Shown here one piece after another: positions 23,417-24,000 of a stretch of DNA of 24,000 nucleotides (position 1 is its first letter; the number at the start of each line of letters is the position of its first letter). The notes beneath the pieces are model-generated. The model saw nothing but the letters and a program-made list of their open reading frames with translations, was not told where the DNA came from and did no database searches. Where the stretch lies: NCBI GenBank assembly GCA_963757155.1, contig CAVWQS010000026.1, positions 23,422-47,421 on the forward strand, given 5' to 3'. The translations under genes and the position numbers were made by a program. The stretch is from an uncultured Alphaproteobacteria bacterium (GTDB taxonomy: Bacteria; Pseudomonadota; Alphaproteobacteria; Dongiales; Dongiaceae).

Positions 23417-24000
23417 ATGGCTTCGAGTGACCGCGACGTCGAAATCTGGGACCTGCCGACCCGCATTTTCCATTGGACCCTGGTGATCCTGGTCGGCACC
23501 AACCTCTTCCTGATCGGGCCGCGAGGGGGCCTCCAGACCGTCCTCCATTTCATCGCCGGCTACACCATCGCCGGCCTCCTGCTGTTCCGGCTGATCTGGG
23601 GATTCATCGGCAGCCCGCACTCGCGCTTCGCCGATTTCCTCTGCCGGTGGCCGGCGGTGAAGGGCTATCTCGCCCGCCTGCTGCGCTTCGATCCGCCCCA
23701 TAGCGTCGGGCACAATCCCCTGGGCGGCTGGATGATCGCCCTGCTGCTGACGAGCTTGGCCGCGATGATCGGCACCGGCCTTTTCGCCGCCGCCCGTCGG
23801 GCCGCAGGGCCCTTGGCGAGCCGCATCCCCCCGTCCCTGGCCGGGCTGGCGGGCAATCTGCATGTGCTGATCTCCGACCTGCTGATCGCGCTGATCGTGA
23901 TGCATGTCCTGGGCGTCGCCGTCGACTGGTTCCTGACCGGCGACAATCTGGTGAAAGCCATGCTGACCGGACGCAAACGCTTGTCGCCGGAGATCGCCGC
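23417..24000 (+). CDS. Cytochrome b561-family di-haem membrane protein (PF01292-type), N-terminal ~194 aa; the gene runs off the right edge
   Basis: Absent from the ORF track because it has no stop in the window. My translation from the ATG at 23417 (GAGAGGA lies 8 nt upstream) is open to 24000: MASSDRDVEIWDLPTRIFHWTLVILVGTNLF...HFIAGYTIAGLLLFRLIWGFIGSPHSRFADF...HSVGHNPLGGWMIALLL...GNLHVLISDLLIALIVMHVLGVAVDW. It has the conserved His pattern and TM layout of bacterial cytochrome b561 / Ni-Fe-hydrogenase-type cytochrome b. Confidence 0.75.
   Translation, partial: MASSDRDVEIWDLPTRIFHWTLVILVGTNLFLIGPRGGLQTVLHFIAGYTIAGLLLFRLIWGFIGSPHSRFADFLCRWPAVKGYLARLLRFDPPHSVGHNPLGGWMIALLLTSLAAMIGTGLFAAARRAAGPLASRIPPSLAGLAGNLHVLISDLLIALIVMHVLGVAVDWFLTGDNLVKAMLTGRKRLSPEIA

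Noticed and set aside
1-24000. Scan for tRNA, rRNA, tmRNA, CRISPR repeats and transposase, integrase or phage genes
   Set aside because: I saw no T-arm-like GGTTCGAATCC-type motifs, no regularly spaced direct repeats and no transposase- or integrase-like translations. This was a by-eye scan only, so small RNAs could have been missed.

Overview
Very GC-rich bacterial chromosomal window with Alphaproteobacteria/Rhizobiales-like sequence habits: REP-type hairpins such as CGTCATTCCCGC-GAAA-GCGGGAATGACG, GGGGAGGGG-type intergenic hairpins, and many 4-nt ATGA/GTGA gene overlaps. I found no rRNA, tRNA or CRISPR array. Gene content from left to right: (1) a partial conserved hypothetical gene; (2) a 460-bp intergenic region carrying a 165-bp MITE-like insertion with a 9-bp target-site duplication; (3) a NudK-like Nudix hydrolase; (4) a long minus-strand cluster of two tandem proline iminopeptidase (pip) paralogs followed by a Dpp/Opp-type peptide ABC transporter whose substrate-binding gene is disrupted; (5) a divergently transcribed LuxR-family 'solo' regulator; (6) a glycine-zipper lipoprotein; (7) a PotABCD-like ABC transporter ending in a cytoplasmic glycerophosphodiester phosphodiesterase; (8) pqiABC, an MsrQ-like haem membrane protein, a Spy/CpxP-like periplasmic protein, azoR with a divergent LysR regulator, and a partial cytochrome b561. 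The most interesting signal is the LuxR solo next to pip. This is the genomic signature of the plant-associated-bacteria (PAB) LuxR-solo subfamily. Here the ligand-pocket substitutions are variant, pip is duplicated, and the pip genes are co-directional with a peptide importer. Most of the long ORFs in the supplied track are antisense or out-of-frame shadow ORFs typical of high-GC DNA, and I rejected them. All homology calls come from reading the translations by eye; no database search was run.
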